From Candidatus Omnitrophota bacterium (lineage in GTDB: Bacteria; Omnitrophota; Gorgyraeia; Zapsychrales; Fredricksoniimonadaceae), in NCBI GenBank assembly GCA_015232565.1, contig JADFZK010000009.1, positions 3,725 to 67,724 on the forward strand: a stretch of DNA of 64,000 nt, given 5' to 3'. The notes below the pieces were generated by a model. That model saw only the letters and a program-made list of their open reading frames with translations. It was not told where the DNA came from and ran no database searches. This document shows positions 19,549-29,072 of this stretch, in pieces. Numbering within the stretch: the stretch's first letter is position 1; the number at the start of each line of letters is the position of its first letter. The translations under genes and the position numbers were made by a program.

Positions 19549-19833
19549 GTGTGTTTTTCTGTTGTTTGAGATGCAACGCACCATATGTTAAGGATGTTCA
19601 GTTTCATCCGCTTAATAACCTTCCGCAAATGCTGGGCATTGCGGGTAGTAATTAGTTTTACTGACTATCGGCAAGTTTGACAGGATCCAGGGCTCTGCTA
19701 AATGTAAAATGATGTTATAATCACCAAAAGCTGGTTAGGGTGTGTGCTTGATGCGCAAGCGTTAATGCTATTCAGCACGGCCTAATGCGAAATCAGGGTC
19801 AAATTACGGGTTAAAGAAAGGCGGAGGGATATT

Positions 19834-20658
19834 ATGTTGGATTTCAAAGTTGCCAAAGAGGATTGCATTAAATGCGGGTTGTGCGCAAAGTTGTGCCCGT
19901 CGGGTGTTATTGAGCTGGCGGATGGCTATCCGCTTATTCCAACGGAAAAGGAGCCGGGCTGTTTACGGTGTCAGCATTGTTTAACGATCTGTCCGTCGGG
20001 TGCCGTTTCGATCCTCGGGCTGGATCCCCAGGACAGCCGCCCGCTGAACAAGGTTTTGCTTGATCCGGAGCGTTTTGAAACGTTCATCAAAGGCCGGCGG
20101 ACGATCAGGGCTTATCATAATGAAGATTTGGAGCCTGCTTTGATCCAGCGTCTTCTGGATGTGGCGTGGCATGCGCCCTCAGCCAAGAACGACCGCAAGA
20201 TCACTTTTACCGTGATCGACAAGAAAGAGAAGCTGGCCGAGTTCCGGGAGAGGGTTATAGCGGATCTGGCCCGTCTGGCCGAGGCGAAGCGTTTGCCGCC
20301 GGGCCGTGAGGTCTTTGGCTATTTTGCCCAATTGTGGAAACAGAAGAAGATCGATGTTATTTTTCGCGGGGCGCCGCATTTGTTGATCGCCTCTGCGCCC
20401 AAGACGGCCGTCGCGCCGTTGCCGGATTGTTTTATTGCTTTGTCCTACTTCGACCTTTTTGCGCAAAGTCTTGGCGTTGGCACGCTTTGGTGCGGCCTGG
20501 CAAAATGGATGATCGATGATATCCTGCCTGAAACAAAGGAATTCCTGGGTATTCCCGGTGATCATGTTATCGGGTATTGCATGGTGTTCGGCCGGCCGTC
20601 AGTTAAATTTGCCCGCACGGCCCAGCGCGGTTCGGCGAATGTTCATATTGTGGGATAA
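19834..20658 (+). CDS. Nitroreductase family protein with N-terminal 4Fe-4S dicluster
   Basis: CxxCxxCxxxCP twice; RRTIRAY and APSAKN. Confidence 0.9.
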   Translation: MLDFKVAKEDCIKCGLCAKLCPSGVIELADGYPLIPTEKEPGCLRCQHCLTICPSGAVSILGLDPQDSRPLNKVLLDPERFETFIKGRRTIRAYHNEDLEPALIQRLLDVAWHAPSAKNDRKITFTVIDKKEKLAEFRERVIADLARLAEAKRLPPGREVFGYFAQLWKQKKIDVIFRGAPHLLIASAPKTAVAPLPDCFIALSYFDLFAQSLGVGTLWCGLAKWMIDDILPETKEFLGIPGDHVIGYCMVFGRPSVKFARTAQRGSANVHIVG

Positions 20659-20741
20659 AGATTAAGTGCTTTCTCCCGGGTGAAATAACAAGATGCAGTC
20701 CTGGCCGATCCGGACAGCGACAGGAAGAAACGGGGGTTCTG

Positions 20742-21332
20742 ATGAGTAAGAAGATATTAATGATCTCCGGCAGTCCCCGGAAGGATGGCAACACGGCTTT
20801 TTTGGTGGAATGGTTTGCCGAAGGCGCGCGGTCAACGGGAGCGCAGGTTGACATTGTGCGGGCGGCTGATCTTGAACGCAAGGCCGCCGGCTGTACGTCC
20901 TGTCGCGCCTGCCAGAAAAGTGCTGTTTATCGTTGTGTTATTAAGGATGAAGTCAGTGATTGCTTGGCCCGTTTTCAGGGTGTGGACGTGATTGTGATGG
21001 CGTCGCCGCTTTATTTCTATGGCGCCAGCAGTCAGTTAAAAGGCGTGATGGACCGGATGTTCTCGCTTTATAAATGGGATAATGCGGCCGGAACCATGCA
21101 GACGCCTCTTAAGGGGAAGGCCTTTGTTTTTCTGGGAAGCGGCTACGAAGACATCGGACTTGATGTTTTTGAGCGGCCTTTTCAATTGACCGCTGAATAT
21201 ACGAAAATGACCTATGCCTCTTTGGTCGTAGGGAATGCCGGAGAGTCCGGGGACATCATCAAGTTGCCCGGAGTGCGCAAGCAGGCTTGCGAATTAGGGG
21301 CCAGGATCGCGCGGTTTGTGGAGAGTGAGTGA
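20742..21332 (+). CDS. Flavodoxin-like NADPH-dependent FMN reductase (iron-sulfur flavoprotein type)
   Basis: GSPRKDGNT, CTSCRAC...C, SPLYF and LKGVMDR motifs. Confidence 0.88.
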   Translation: MSKKILMISGSPRKDGNTAFLVEWFAEGARSTGAQVDIVRAADLERKAAGCTSCRACQKSAVYRCVIKDEVSDCLARFQGVDVIVMASPLYFYGASSQLKGVMDRMFSLYKWDNAAGTMQTPLKGKAFVFLGSGYEDIGLDVFERPFQLTAEYTKMTYASLVVGNAGESGDIIKLPGVRKQACELGARIARFVESE

Positions 21333-21384
21333 GCTGTTCATTGGGGCGAGAGAAACTGGGGTTTAAGTTAGAGGAGGAAACAAT

Positions 21385-21789
21385 ATGTGGTCTTATTCGG
21401 ACGTAAAAGTCTTTTTGAAAGACTTTAGAAGGTATAAGTGGGCTTCGGTGTTGGTTGTTTCTTGTGTTTTGATTGGTTTAAGCATTATTTCTTGGATGAC
21501 CAATTTCTTTGGAGAAAAAGGCAAGCAGTCCGCAACGAATAATAATGTACAGATATTGGATAACAGATTTGAAGTAGGCAATGATTCTGTTGTTATGGGC
21601 AATGTGTCCTCTGGAAAGGTAGGCAATAGATCTGTTGTTGTTGGACCGACGGATAATAGAGGAAATGTTAATGTAAATCAGTCCGGAGCTTATGGGTATG
21701 GGGCTCATGCAGGCCCCGGTTCGATTGCTATTGGGGCATACGCCGGTGCGGGATCAACAGATGAAGATAATAAAAAGAATGGTTTTTGA
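21385..21789 (+). CDS. Hypothetical membrane-anchored protein with Gly/Asn-rich beta-roll-like repeats
   Basis: GAGGAGG RBS; one TM segment; GNDSVVMG, GNRSVVVG and GSIAIG repeats; AT-rich. Confidence 0.6.
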   Translation: MWSYSDVKVFLKDFRRYKWASVLVVSCVLIGLSIISWMTNFFGEKGKQSATNNNVQILDNRFEVGNDSVVMGNVSSGKVGNRSVVVGPTDNRGNVNVNQSGAYGYGAHAGPGSIAIGAYAGAGSTDEDNKKNGF

Positions 21790-21860
21790 AATGCCAATGT
21801 TTTATGTTGATAACGATCTTTTAACTATTTGCAGAAGTTTAAATAGACGGGAGCACCAGG

Positions 21861-22307
21861 ATGTCGGATCGACGCAGGCCGCCGGTTAAAAGGGCGGATG
21901 ATATATTGGAGAATGTTTTTGTCGGGCATCGCGAAGCGTTGACGGGCGGACCGGAGAGCGGGAAGCGGTATTTGCTTAATTTTCTGGAGAAATTCAATTC
22001 GATCCCTAACGAGGTAAAGTTCTACATCTATGATCTTTTGGCCGAAGACGCCTATCAGGCCGATGATCTTGTTTTATGCCGGCAAGCGGTCGGCCGGGCC
22101 GGTGAATATCTGGAGGAGGCGCGGGCGAGAAATAGCCGCCAATTAGCCGAATACCTGCCCGCACTGCGTTTCGTTGAACGTGGAATATCGCTCACGGTCG
22201 AAGCAGGAGAATATGAAGCAGCGCTTTCTTTCTGCGATCTGGCCCTGGAAAACGGTTTGGGTAAAGCATATGCCGCTAAAAGGGCCTCCATAGAAAAAAT
22301 GCTGTAG
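21861..22307 (+). CDS. Hypothetical all-helical protein
   Basis: 148-aa ORF with GGAG RBS; TPR-like C-terminus. Confidence 0.55.
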   Translation: MSDRRRPPVKRADDILENVFVGHREALTGGPESGKRYLLNFLEKFNSIPNEVKFYIYDLLAEDAYQADDLVLCRQAVGRAGEYLEEARARNSRQLAEYLPALRFVERGISLTVEAGEYEAALSFCDLALENGLGKAYAAKRASIEKML

Positions 22308-22410
22308 TGATGACGGAAAGAACGGGATCTTAAAGGGGTTCTACATTTTGATTTTCGGGAAAGTGAGCCGGGCTAAGATCCGGCCGTTGAGGCAAGGGAC
22401 GGGTTTATTA

Positions 22411-22731
22411 ATGTCAAAGATAAAGTTTTTACCACGGGACGTAGTGTATTTGTGTATTCACTTGGTTACTTTGACTTTAGTGTGTACATCCTTATTAACA
22501 TTCAGTTATTTCGGGTTAGCTTCTTTGTTGCAAGGAAAAGGTGGTTTTATATACGGAATCTGTCCGTGGTTATGGGTCTTACAGCCGTTGTTGTTTTTAT
22601 GTTGGAATATTATTTATGTATTAGTTGAGAATTCGTTCGTCGGAATATTGGCCGTGGGGGGAAGTTTCGTATGGCTAATATTTAGTACAATTACGTATGC
22701 GCAAATAACGCAGGCATTGATTCAGCGTTGA
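22411..22731 (+). CDS. Small AT-rich hypothetical membrane protein
   Basis: About three hydrophobic segments; start uncertain. Confidence 0.4.
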   Translation: MSKIKFLPRDVVYLCIHLVTLTLVCTSLLTFSYFGLASLLQGKGGFIYGICPWLWVLQPLLFLCWNIIYVLVENSFVGILAVGGSFVWLIFSTITYAQITQALIQR

Positions 22732-22854
22732 CATTTTGCATTATATTTCGCACTATCATCGGTACTGGCTGCATATTTATCAGGCATATTGGTAGTACAA
22801 TCATTTGGATGTCCTGGTTTCTTGACACGTCTCAAACGATAAACGCTGTAAGGA

Positions 22855-25542
22855 TCACCTGCCGCGCAGGGTTTTTAGTTCCTGGTTCAGGCGGGCGATC
22901 TCGTTGTGCGCGTTGTTGGCCGTGGCGTGCAGTGCGCGGATCTCCTCGTTCAGTTTGGCTATTTCGTCTTCCCGGAGCAAAAGGCGGGATTCCGCCAGAG
23001 CGGCGGCGCTCTCCTGGTCGGCCAGCAGTTTCTTGAGTGAATCGCGTTCCCCTATCGTCCGGGCCAGGTCTTTGGCGGTAGCTTCGGCCGAAGCCTCGGC
23101 GCGCATGAATTCCATGTCTCTTTTCTGCACTACGCCTTTGATGGCGTCCTGTTTGGCTTCCATGATCGAGAGTTTTTCCTGCAGTAACTGGCTTTGTTCG
23201 TCGGCCTGCCTGATTATGCGGGCTTTCTCGTCTATCAGCGCCTGCAAGGCTTTGATCTGAGTGTTTTTCTCCTGCAAGTCCAGGGAATAACTGCGCACGG
23301 CGGTTTTGGATTCGATGGTCTTCTCGGTAATGTTCTCCCGGGTGGCGGCCGAAAGCTCGAAAAGCTTTTGTTTGAGGCTGGTGATCTCATTGTCTTTCTT
23401 TAAGAGTGTTGCATGCAGGATGCGCGCTTCCTCGGTATTGACGGGAGCGCTCACAGTAACCGGCGCGGGATTAAGCGGCTGGTTAGACGTTACAATGATG
23501 GATTTGCCGCGCAGTTTCTCGGTTTCCGCGGACAGTAGTTCGATCTCGGTCCTGAGGCGGGCGATCTCGGTGGTTTTGACCTCGGAGGTTTCTTTCTGAT
23601 CCAGGTAAGCCTCTTTACTGCGCTGGGCGGAACTTTCGCTTTTGCTTAACTCGGTTTCCAGGGAGCGGGCCTGGGATTGCGCTTTGCGTAATTCCTGGTT
23701 CTTGTCCGAAAGGTCGGCGCGAGTGGTTTGCAGTTGAGCTTCCAGGCTTTGCAAACGTGCGGCCAAGGAGGCCAGGGTCTCTTTTTGGGATAATACCGTG
23801 GCGTTCTTGTCCTGGGCGTTGGCGGCCAGCTCGGCCAGCCGGGCATTAAGGGCGGTGCAGAAAGCTTCGCGTTCACTGTTGGCGGTCTTCAGGACGGTGT
23901 TCTCGTCTTTAAGCGCGGCAATGATCGTTTGGGCATCCGTGGACTTGGCCCGGGTCTCAGCCAGTTGAGCGGTTATAGCGGCATGGCTGGTCTTGAGTTC
24001 GGCCAGCTGAACATCCTTTTGGGCCAGTAGTTCTTTGAGCTCTGCCGTCTTGTCGGCCGGAGGAACCACGGGTGGAACAGTCGCCGCGTTCGGCAGTTCA
24101 TAAACTATTGGCGGAGCGGGCGGTTTGGCTTGGACCAGAGTGCGCATCTGGGCAACTCCGGCCTGCAGTTCGGCCAGTCCGGCGTCGTTATCTTTCAAGA
24201 GGTCTTCTATGGAGGTGAGTTGGTTCCGGGCTTTGCCCAGAGCGTCGTCGGTAAAAGTGAGGTCGGCTTTTTGCTGGGTGATAATGGCGGTCTTTTCGGC
24301 AAGCAGGGATTTGAATTCGGCAATCTGGCGGTCTTTAGCGGAGAGGGTGGCGTTGATCTCGTCGATCGACTTCATCAACCGGGCCAGTTGCTCTTTGGCC
24401 GGCGCCAGGTTGGCGTCGTTTATGTTGACGCGTGCTTTAAGAGTTTCGATCTCTTTTAATTTGGCCGCGTAATCGATCATCAGGTCGGAAAATTGTTTTT
24501 GTTCGGTAAAGTTCCTGGCGCTGATCTCGGATTTTATGGCCTGATAATAGGCATCGATAGCTTTCAGGGTGGTGTTCATTTCCGCCAGGCGGTTCTTAAG
24601 AGCGGTAAGGTTTTCGTTCTTGTCCAGCACCGCCAGTGTTTTGTCGACCAGCATGGTGCGTTTCTCGGTTATGGCGGCCGATAATTCACTGTTCTTTTGG
24701 TTGGGCGCCAGCATTTTGCGCTGGGCAATTATACTTTGCACCAGGGCCTGGACTTCATCGGCTTGTACCGCAGCCGTAACCGGGACCGCGGCTGTGGCCG
24801 GTGTCGCAGGTGTAACTTCGGCTGTGACCGGAACCGTAGGCGTAACCAGGATCGGGGCAGAGGTAACATGAGTGGCCGGCTTGGGCTTGGAACTGGAAAG
24901 CTTGCTTGAGGTCTTGGCCGGGCTGACGCTCGGAAGGGCGGATTGTTCCCGCACCAGTTTCAGCAGTTCATTGGACTGATGCAAGTGCTGAGGCACCCGG
25001 TCGGGCGGCAGGCTTTTCATCAGGTTATCGAAAGGCCCGGCGTAAGGGGTGCCATAGAATTTGGCCCGCAGTTCGCCCAGTTCGCGCGAGCGCAGGTACA
25101 GCATGGAGTACAGGGAATCGTTTTCGGTTATAAGGTTGCGGATCAAATACTCCAGGTCTTGCGAGCCGGCTTCGTAGCGGGAAATATTGGCCTTAAGGGT
25201 GGAAAGGTCGCTGAGCGCTGAATCAAGATTGTGGATCTGCGCAGTTGGCTCGGCGGTCTTAACGGCGGCTTGGTTATTAAGGAGTGCAAGAAATTTCGCG
25301 GCGGTGGCATTACGGGGATCCATACGCGCGATACGTTCAAATTCTTTGCGGGCCGCGGCGTGGTCTCCGCGGGCGTAAAGGCTGGAGGCGTAATTTTCCA
25401 GAAAAGATATCTGGGCAGTGTAGGCCTGGGCCAAAGCTGTGCCGCTGGGACCGGCGCCGATCAACAGAGCCAGGGAAACAATTATCGCATTACGGCAATG
25501 GCAAGCTTTAAGCATAGGGCCTCTTTTTATGATACGACGCAT
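22855..25542 (-). CDS. Exported protein with N-terminal TPR-like hairpin and very long coiled coil
   Basis: Signal-like N-terminus (...GTALAQA), YARGDHAAARKEFERIARMDP, heptad-rich body with P/T/V/A linkers. Confidence 0.7.
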   Translation of the reverse strand: MRRIIKRGPMLKACHCRNAIIVSLALLIGAGPSGTALAQAYTAQISFLENYASSLYARGDHAAARKEFERIARMDPRNATAAKFLALLNNQAAVKTAEPTAQIHNLDSALSDLSTLKANISRYEAGSQDLEYLIRNLITENDSLYSMLYLRSRELGELRAKFYGTPYAGPFDNLMKSLPPDRVPQHLHQSNELLKLVREQSALPSVSPAKTSSKLSSSKPKPATHVTSAPILVTPTVPVTAEVTPATPATAAVPVTAAVQADEVQALVQSIIAQRKMLAPNQKNSELSAAITEKRTMLVDKTLAVLDKNENLTALKNRLAEMNTTLKAIDAYYQAIKSEISARNFTEQKQFSDLMIDYAAKLKEIETLKARVNINDANLAPAKEQLARLMKSIDEINATLSAKDRQIAEFKSLLAEKTAIITQQKADLTFTDDALGKARNQLTSIEDLLKDNDAGLAELQAGVAQMRTLVQAKPPAPPIVYELPNAATVPPVVPPADKTAELKELLAQKDVQLAELKTSHAAITAQLAETRAKSTDAQTIIAALKDENTVLKTANSEREAFCTALNARLAELAANAQDKNATVLSQKETLASLAARLQSLEAQLQTTRADLSDKNQELRKAQSQARSLETELSKSESSAQRSKEAYLDQKETSEVKTTEIARLRTEIELLSAETEKLRGKSIIVTSNQPLNPAPVTVSAPVNTEEARILHATLLKKDNEITSLKQKLFELSAATRENITEKTIESKTAVRSYSLDLQEKNTQIKALQALIDEKARIIRQADEQSQLLQEKLSIMEAKQDAIKGVVQKRDMEFMRAEASAEATAKDLARTIGERDSLKKLLADQESAAALAESRLLLREDEIAKLNEEIRALHATANNAHNEIARLNQELKTLRGR

Positions 25543-25545
25543 ATA

Positions 25546-26571
25546 TTATTTTACGGCTTCCAGGTTCTTCTGGAGATCCAGGATGAGCTGGTTCTTCTCG
25601 GCTATGGAGCCTTCGATCTGCTGAAGGCGTTTTTGGATGTCGGCAAACTTGGCTTGCAAAGTGGTAAGCTCCTCGTTTGCGGTCGGCGCTGATGTTGCCG
25701 ACGGGTTTGGAAACGTTGACGGTGCCGGAACGCCGGTGTCGGGGCTCAAACCCGGGTTTACCGCGGGGTTGGTGCCCGGATCTGACTTGATAGCGGCCAG
25801 GTCTTCCTTGAGAACGGCAATAGCTTTGTCTTTGTGTGTTTCAATGGCGATCTGCTGGGGCGAACGGGTTTCCGCTTTCCGGTATTCCATAGTGCGGTTT
25901 TTCTCGATAGTGGCCAGGGCCAGGGCTTTCTTTAGTTCTGCCACCTGGTCATCCATGGTGCGGGCGTCACTGCGGGCCAGGTTCATTTTAGAAGTTAATT
26001 CTTTAATAGTTTCAGTGCTCATCTTGCGGTTGGAGTTAAGTTCGGCGGTCATTTCCTGCGTGCGCCTCTCCAGCTGGGCGGCAACGGCATTGTATTCGGC
26101 GATCTTGGCCGCCAGTGAGCTTTTGTTATTGCGGTACCTTTTATTATAGGCCACCAGCTGTTCCAGCAGGAGGTCATTGTCTTTCTCAAAATAAAAAGCC
26201 GCGGGCAGGAAATCTTCCTCGTTAAAGTTGTATTTCTCGCAGGGCAGTTTGCGCAGGTAATCTTTGAGATAGGCAAATTCCGGCCCGCTTTGGGCGATCT
26301 TTTGCAGGTGATATTGCGCCAGGCGGTTGAGGCAGTCTTTCCTTAATATGCTTTGAAAGGCTTTGGCGGCTTCGCCATAATCGCCCTTGCGGTACATTTC
26401 CCGGGCGTAGCGCATGGTTTCGTTAACCGTAAGGTCGCGCATGTTCATGGTCAGCAGGTCAAGGTCGGAAGACGGGTTGGCGGTAGAGACTTCCGCGAAA
26501 ACTGCCGCGGGAGTGAAGATCAATGCGGTGAACAGAACGGACAGGACGTGTTTAGGCGTTATTTTCAACAT
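25546..26571 (-). CDS. Exported TPR plus coiled-coil protein
   Basis: Signal peptide (...TPAAVFA), MYRKGDYGEAAKAFQSIL, Pro-rich linker; GAGGGG RBS before ATG 26571. Confidence 0.7.
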   Translation of the reverse strand: MLKITPKHVLSVLFTALIFTPAAVFAEVSTANPSSDLDLLTMNMRDLTVNETMRYAREMYRKGDYGEAAKAFQSILRKDCLNRLAQYHLQKIAQSGPEFAYLKDYLRKLPCEKYNFNEEDFLPAAFYFEKDNDLLLEQLVAYNKRYRNNKSSLAAKIAEYNAVAAQLERRTQEMTAELNSNRKMSTETIKELTSKMNLARSDARTMDDQVAELKKALALATIEKNRTMEYRKAETRSPQQIAIETHKDKAIAVLKEDLAAIKSDPGTNPAVNPGLSPDTGVPAPSTFPNPSATSAPTANEELTTLQAKFADIQKRLQQIEGSIAEKNQLILDLQKNLEAVK

Positions 26572-26602
26572 GTTTTTCCCCCTCGGGTTATTAATATGCG
26601 GA

Positions 26603-26631
26603 AGTATAACATCTAATCCGGTCCAATTCAA
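26603..26631 (-). promoter_or_regulatory. Putative sigma70 promoter for the TPR/coiled-coil operon
   Basis: Minus strand TTGAAT-N17-TATACT. Confidence 0.55.
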
Positions 26632-26644
26632 GGGGCGGGCTTAA

Positions 26645-26689
26645 GCGTACGCATTATTAGTTGACAGCGTACGTTTAGTGGGCTATTCT
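26645..26689 (+). promoter_or_regulatory. Toxin-antitoxin promoter with two palindromic operator boxes
   Basis: TTGACA(26661)-N17-TATTCT(26684); GCGTACGC at 26645 and GCGTACGT at 26667. Confidence 0.7.
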
Positions 26690-26704
26690 GGGACTGGAGG
26701 CTTT

Positions 26705-26932
26705 ATGGCAATGACTGCGACACAGTTCAGGAAAGATCTTTACCGGGTGTTTGACCGCGCTCTGGATACGGGCGTGGCTGTGCCTATAACGCGTAAGGGA
26801 AAGACTTTCCTGGTAGTTCCGCCGGTGCAAAAGTCCCGGCTGGAAGCCTTGCGCAAGCGCAAGGTCATTAAGTGTGACCCTGAAGAACTGGTACATATGG
26901 ATTGGTCCGGCAAATGGCAGCCTTGCATATAG
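26705..26932 (+). CDS. Type II antitoxin, Phd/YefM family
   Basis: MTATQFRKDLYRVFD...VPITRKGK; GGAGG RBS; overlaps the PIN gene. Confidence 0.85.
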   Translation: MAMTATQFRKDLYRVFDRALDTGVAVPITRKGKTFLVVPPVQKSRLEALRKRKVIKCDPEELVHMDWSGKWQPCI

Positions 26933-27297
26933 ATACACATGTGGCGGTTTGGCTGTACGCCGGGGAGGTGGAGCGTTTTCCAGCTCCGGCTCGTCGTCTG
27001 CTGGATCAGTCCGAGCTTGTTATTTCACCGATGGTCCTGTTGGAGATCCAGTTCCTCAGGGAGGCCGGCAAACTGGAGCTGAGGCCCGAGCGGTTCCTGC
27101 GGGAGATGAAACAGGATCTGGGGCTTAAGGTTTGTGAGGCGGCGTTTCCGGATATCATCTTTTCTGCGGTTGAGCTTTCCTGGACGCGTGATCCGTTCGA
27201 CCGTTTTATAACTGCCCAGGCGGCGGTCAACGAGGCCCCGCTGATGACCCGCGACAAAACGATCCGCACACATTATCGCCGGGCGGTTTGGGATTAA
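26914..27297 (+). CDS. Type II toxin, PIN domain (VapC-like)
   Basis: IDTHVAVW, SPMVLLE, RDPFDRFI and TRD acidic PIN motifs. Confidence 0.9.
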   Translation: MAALHIDTHVAVWLYAGEVERFPAPARRLLDQSELVISPMVLLEIQFLREAGKLELRPERFLREMKQDLGLKVCEAAFPDIIFSAVELSWTRDPFDRFITAQAAVNEAPLMTRDKTIRTHYRRAVWD

Positions 27298-27367
27298 AGG
27301 ATGTATTAATTACTCTAAGGTTTGGCATCGAAAAGAAGATGGTTAATATTTTAAAGGAAGCGGCGAG

Positions 27368-28924
27368 ATGCGCAAAGAGCAACTTTTGAAACGTTTGTCC
27401 GGTATTGAGTGGGATGATTTTGAGGTTAAGGCGGCTCGGGTGGCCCTGCCGGAAGACATTGCAAAAGCGATCTCGGCATTTGCCAACACCACGGGTGGCT
27501 ATATTGCGTTTGGCGTGCAGGAATCTGGATCAAGATTTATTATTAGCGGTGTTGAGGATCCCGACAAGATCCAAAATGATTTTGTTACGCTTCTGCGCGG
27601 TGAGAAATTCAATATTCCGCTGTCCTCAAAAGGAGATATTCATCACATCGATGGCAAGGTGGTCTTGGTATTTCGTATAGAAGAAATGCCGCGGCAGGCC
27701 AAGCCGGTTTATTTTGGCGGGGATATCCGCAATACATTTGTACGCATAGGAGCCAGTACGCAGAAGGCGTCCAAACCTGAAGTGGAACGCATGCTTCGTG
27801 AGGCGAGTGAGAAAACCAGCGATAGCATGCGGTTGGAAGATTTTGGAGTCCAGGATCTGGATGATGAGGCTATTGGTATTTTCAGGCGCAACCTGGAGCT
27901 GAAACGGCCGGGGCACCCTTTCTTGTCGTGTGATAAATTGGAAATGCTTGTTGGTCTCCAGGCTGTTGTGGAGACGAAGAAGGGGAAATATTGCCTGACT
28001 GCGGGTGGTCTATTATTGTTTGGCAAGGAAATCAGGCTTCAGAACCAGTTCCCGTCATATTTCATTGATTTTCTGGTGATCCCCGGATTGCCGAACGATG
28101 CCAAACGAGAGATGCGTTGGGTTGAGCGGTATAGTTCCGAACAGAGCATTGTGCAAACGTTTGTGCAGATCAATGACCGGTTAAGAAAGAGGGTGCCTTT
28201 CCCTTTTTCCCTAAAGGCTGATGGCATGTCGCGGGAAGATGACCCGCCTTCTGTTCAGGCCGCGCGTGAAGCGTTGGTGAATTTATTGATGCACATGGAT
28301 TACTTTGATGCCAAGGGGGCGGTGGTGAAATGTTATGACGATCGGATGCTTTTTCGCAATGCGGGGAGTTTACGGTTTCCGGTTGAACGGATCGGACAGC
28401 ATATAACCGAGCCGCGCAATCCGATTATTGCAAAAGTATTCCGTCTTTTGGGATGGGCGGAGAGCACCGGGGAAGGGATCACCAAGATTACTGACGGCTG
28501 GATGAGCATGGGGTACGACAAGCCAGTGTTCAACAATGACAAAGAAATAAATTTATTCGAAGTTACCCTTCCGTTAACAAGTCGAGGTCGCAAGGTTTTA
28601 AGGCCTTTGTTGGAGATTTCCTCTGAAGTTGTTAACACAGGCACTAAGCCGGCACTAAGCTGGCACCAAGTAAGCACTAAGTTGGCACTAAGTCGGGATG
28701 AAGTGCGGGATGTTCTGGATTTTTGCGCTGAACCTAAAAGTATTGCGGATATCCTGAAACAGTTTGAAAGGACGGACAGGACGAAGTTTAAAAACAAGTA
28801 TATTAATCCTCTTTTGCGAGAGGACCTGTTGTTGATGACCCATCCACAAAAACCTAACAGCCCGAACCAAAAGTATGTGGCTACGGATACGGGGAAGCAT
28901 TTGTTGGCTAATGTCGGACAGTAA
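27368..28924 (+). CDS. AlbA_2 (Schlafen-like) domain, RecG-C/HATPase-like domain and Fic-type C-terminal HTH protein
   Basis: FEVKAA, SAFANTTGG, REALVNLLMHMDY, RNPIIAKVFR, GEGI and PNSPNQKY motifs. Confidence 0.82.
   Translation: MRKEQLLKRLSGIEWDDFEVKAARVALPEDIAKAISAFANTTGGYIAFGVQESGSRFIISGVEDPDKIQNDFVTLLRGEKFNIPLSSKGDIHHIDGKVVLVFRIEEMPRQAKPVYFGGDIRNTFVRIGASTQKASKPEVERMLREASEKTSDSMRLEDFGVQDLDDEAIGIFRRNLELKRPGHPFLSCDKLEMLVGLQAVVETKKGKYCLTAGGLLLFGKEIRLQNQFPSYFIDFLVIPGLPNDAKREMRWVERYSSEQSIVQTFVQINDRLRKRVPFPFSLKADGMSREDDPPSVQAAREALVNLLMHMDYFDAKGAVVKCYDDRMLFRNAGSLRFPVERIGQHITEPRNPIIAKVFRLLGWAESTGEGITKITDGWMSMGYDKPVFNNDKEINLFEVTLPLTSRGRKVLRPLLEISSEVVNTGTKPALSWHQVSTKLALSRDEVRDVLDFCAEPKSIADILKQFERTDRTKFKNKYINPLLREDLLLMTHPQKPNSPNQKYVATDTGKHLLANVGQ
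28640..28694 (+). repeat. Five tandem 11-bp units (consensus GGCACTAAGYN) inside the CDS
   Basis: GGCACTAAGCC GGCACTAAGCT GGCACCAAGTA AGCACTAAGTT GGCACTAAGTC. Confidence 0.9.
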
Positions 28925-28943
28925 AGAAGGTTGCTTTTAACAG

Positions 28944-29061
28944 GGCGCAATTTGCGCGATGATGTGCGATTACAAAATCCGTCGACGTATTGAATGGAAA
29001 AGAAATGATTACGGTTTAAAATGGTTTGTCGGGCGCATGTAAAGCCGGATTGGTAAAGACG
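28944..29061 (+). repeat. ~118-bp intergenic direct repeat, copy 1
   Basis: Shares the exact core GTCGACGTATTGAATGGAAAAGAAATGATTACGGTTTAAAAT with 29557-29675. Confidence 0.9.
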
Positions 29062-29072
29062 CAGGATATTCT

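Noticed and set aside
22855-25542. SMC/chromosome segregation protein
   Set aside because: No Walker A/B motifs or hinge, and it has a signal-peptide-like N-terminus.
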